Both the position numbers and the translations under genes were made by a program. A stretch of DNA of 64,000 nt from Pristiophorus japonicus (lineage: Eukaryota), in assembly GCF_044704955.1 (NCBI RefSeq), contig NW_027252702.1, positions 620,001-684,000 on the forward strand. The letters run 5' to 3'. The notes beneath the pieces are model-generated. The model was not told the DNA's origin and searched no databases. It was given only the letters and a program-made list of their open reading frames with translations. Shown piece after piece: positions 62,304 to 64,000 of the stretch (its first letter is position 1; each line of letters opens with the position of its first letter).

Positions 62304-64000
62304 ATCACTACTCTAAAATATTGCGTGACAACACGCTCCTCTATTTCATTCCCACTATTTGGTGGCCTGTATTTAACACACGCCAGGAAAAAAGCTTCTG
62401 TATTGTTCCATAATTCTAATCAAACAATTCTGTCTTTGAACCTTCAAGTACGCCATCCAGTTCAAATGCTGTAACAGTATCTTTGATCAATATTTCCACA
62501 CATCCATCGTTTTTCCTTCCGTATCTTTTGCTAATGTATAGCGCAGAACAACATAAAGGGGCCATTCCTTGCCTTGTTTGAGCCATGTCTCCGTTATTGA
62601 CAATATACTGTAGCATAATCCTGTGTTGCAACTTGTGCCTGCAGCTCTCCACTCTTATTTACCAGCTTACTGGAAATTACACACATGCACTCCAAAATCA
62701 CTTTACACTGATTCGCATTTCCCCAATCTGAACCCTCCTACTTCTAAAGTACTCTTTCTTTCAATTGTGTTTACTAATCGCGTCCTTCATGCCCCTTATA
62801 TCTTCTCCCCAGTCCTCCATCCTGGAGCACCACACCTGCCATATTAGTGTAAACCTCCCCCACAGCACTAGTAACCATCACTGTGACATCATTGATCCCG
62901 GCCCAATTGGACGCGCAGCCCTTCCATATTTTGCTCGTCGTTCCTCCACAGAACTGGTCCCAATGCTCCAGGAATATGAAACCCTCTCCCTTGCACAATT
63001 TCTCCAGCCGCACGTTAAACTTGTTTTATCTTGCTGCTGCTATAGTCACTAGCCCGTGGCACTGGGAGTAATCTAGAGATTATCAGCATTGAGGTCCTGC
63101 TCTTTAACGTCCTCCCTCGCTCCTGAAACTATGGCTGTAGGACCTTTGCCCTTTTTCTAGCTACGTTGTCAGTCACGACTTCTGGCTGTCCGCCTTCCCC
63201 TTGCGAAATGTTTGCGCCCTTTCAGTGATATCCTTTATCCTTGCAGAATTGAGCAAATCCACCTTGGGAGAATCACGTCGGTGGTTGCAGAACCGACTGC
63301 CGCACCCCCTGACTAAGAATCCCCTATGACTAGTGCATTTCTACATTTTGATGTGTCTCCCTGTGCTTCATTTGCCATGCCCCTTTGTACTACACTTCGC
63401 TGTGCCTCTCTTTGTTCATTTGCCCCACATTACTGTGCTTCTGCCCGAGACTGCATGCTGCGCAGCACTGAAAAGCGGTTTGAGTGTGTCACCATCCCGG
63501 AGGATCCTACTCTACAGGACACTTCCTAACTTGTGGGTTGGCCATCCACTTAAAAATCCCTGCAGTCTCTGTAGCTGTCGGGTGGCCACCTCCTGGAATT
63601 TGCAGGAAACTATCAGCCTTCTGTATTCCCTGCACTGACACAGAAACACTGAGCTTGATGTTACGCAACTGGAGGCGATTCATGCACATGGGTTTATACA
63701 GGACACATGTAGCGTTAAGACATATGTTGTTATAGATCGATATCATTTCAAATTATCCAGTTAGATAAAATTATTTACTCTGATTAATTACTGCTGCTCC
63801 ATGTTTTAAAATACCTTGTCCTCACTCTGCACCGAATTCCCACTTTCAGCAAATTACCCCTTTACCCTGATTAGAATGATATCCCATTTAAGAGAATCAG
63901 CCTACTCCCACTCAGTCCTGTGCCTTAGCAAATATATTCCTCAAATGCATATATATTAGAAAGACACTAGTTACAACTAGCCAGTTAGCAGCCAGGCACA

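Overview
Eukaryotic, repeat-rich window from a cartilaginous fish (shark-type) genome; the species cannot be assigned from sequence alone. Two main systems are present. (1) One IgNAR heavy-chain-only antibody cluster on the + strand (about 27.8-48.7 kb): octamer promoter, leader, VNAR exon with a 22-bp-spacer RSS, J, C1-C5 with secretory tail, and a TM1 exon. Its V-J interval is only about 370 bp, I found no intact D segment, and the J carries what looks like a nested 12/22 dual RSS. (2) A very young 9.6-kb endogenous retrovirus on the - strand (52694-62303) with 542-bp LTRs that look identical by eye, a 5-bp TSD and a tRNA-Ser-like PBS. Its gag and pol are open and joined by stop read-through. 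It has a 2H-phosphoesterase domain between protease and RT, a small membrane-protein ORF overlapping the env start in a vpu/env-like layout, and an env without gamma-type motifs that carries one nonsense codon. The rest is many CR1 LINE copies of different ages, two minisatellite arrays, a DeuSINE-like element, a solo LTR, a decayed C2H2 zinc-finger gene, and a duplicated 1-kb intronic segment with paired NF-kB-type sites. All alignments and counts were done by eye.
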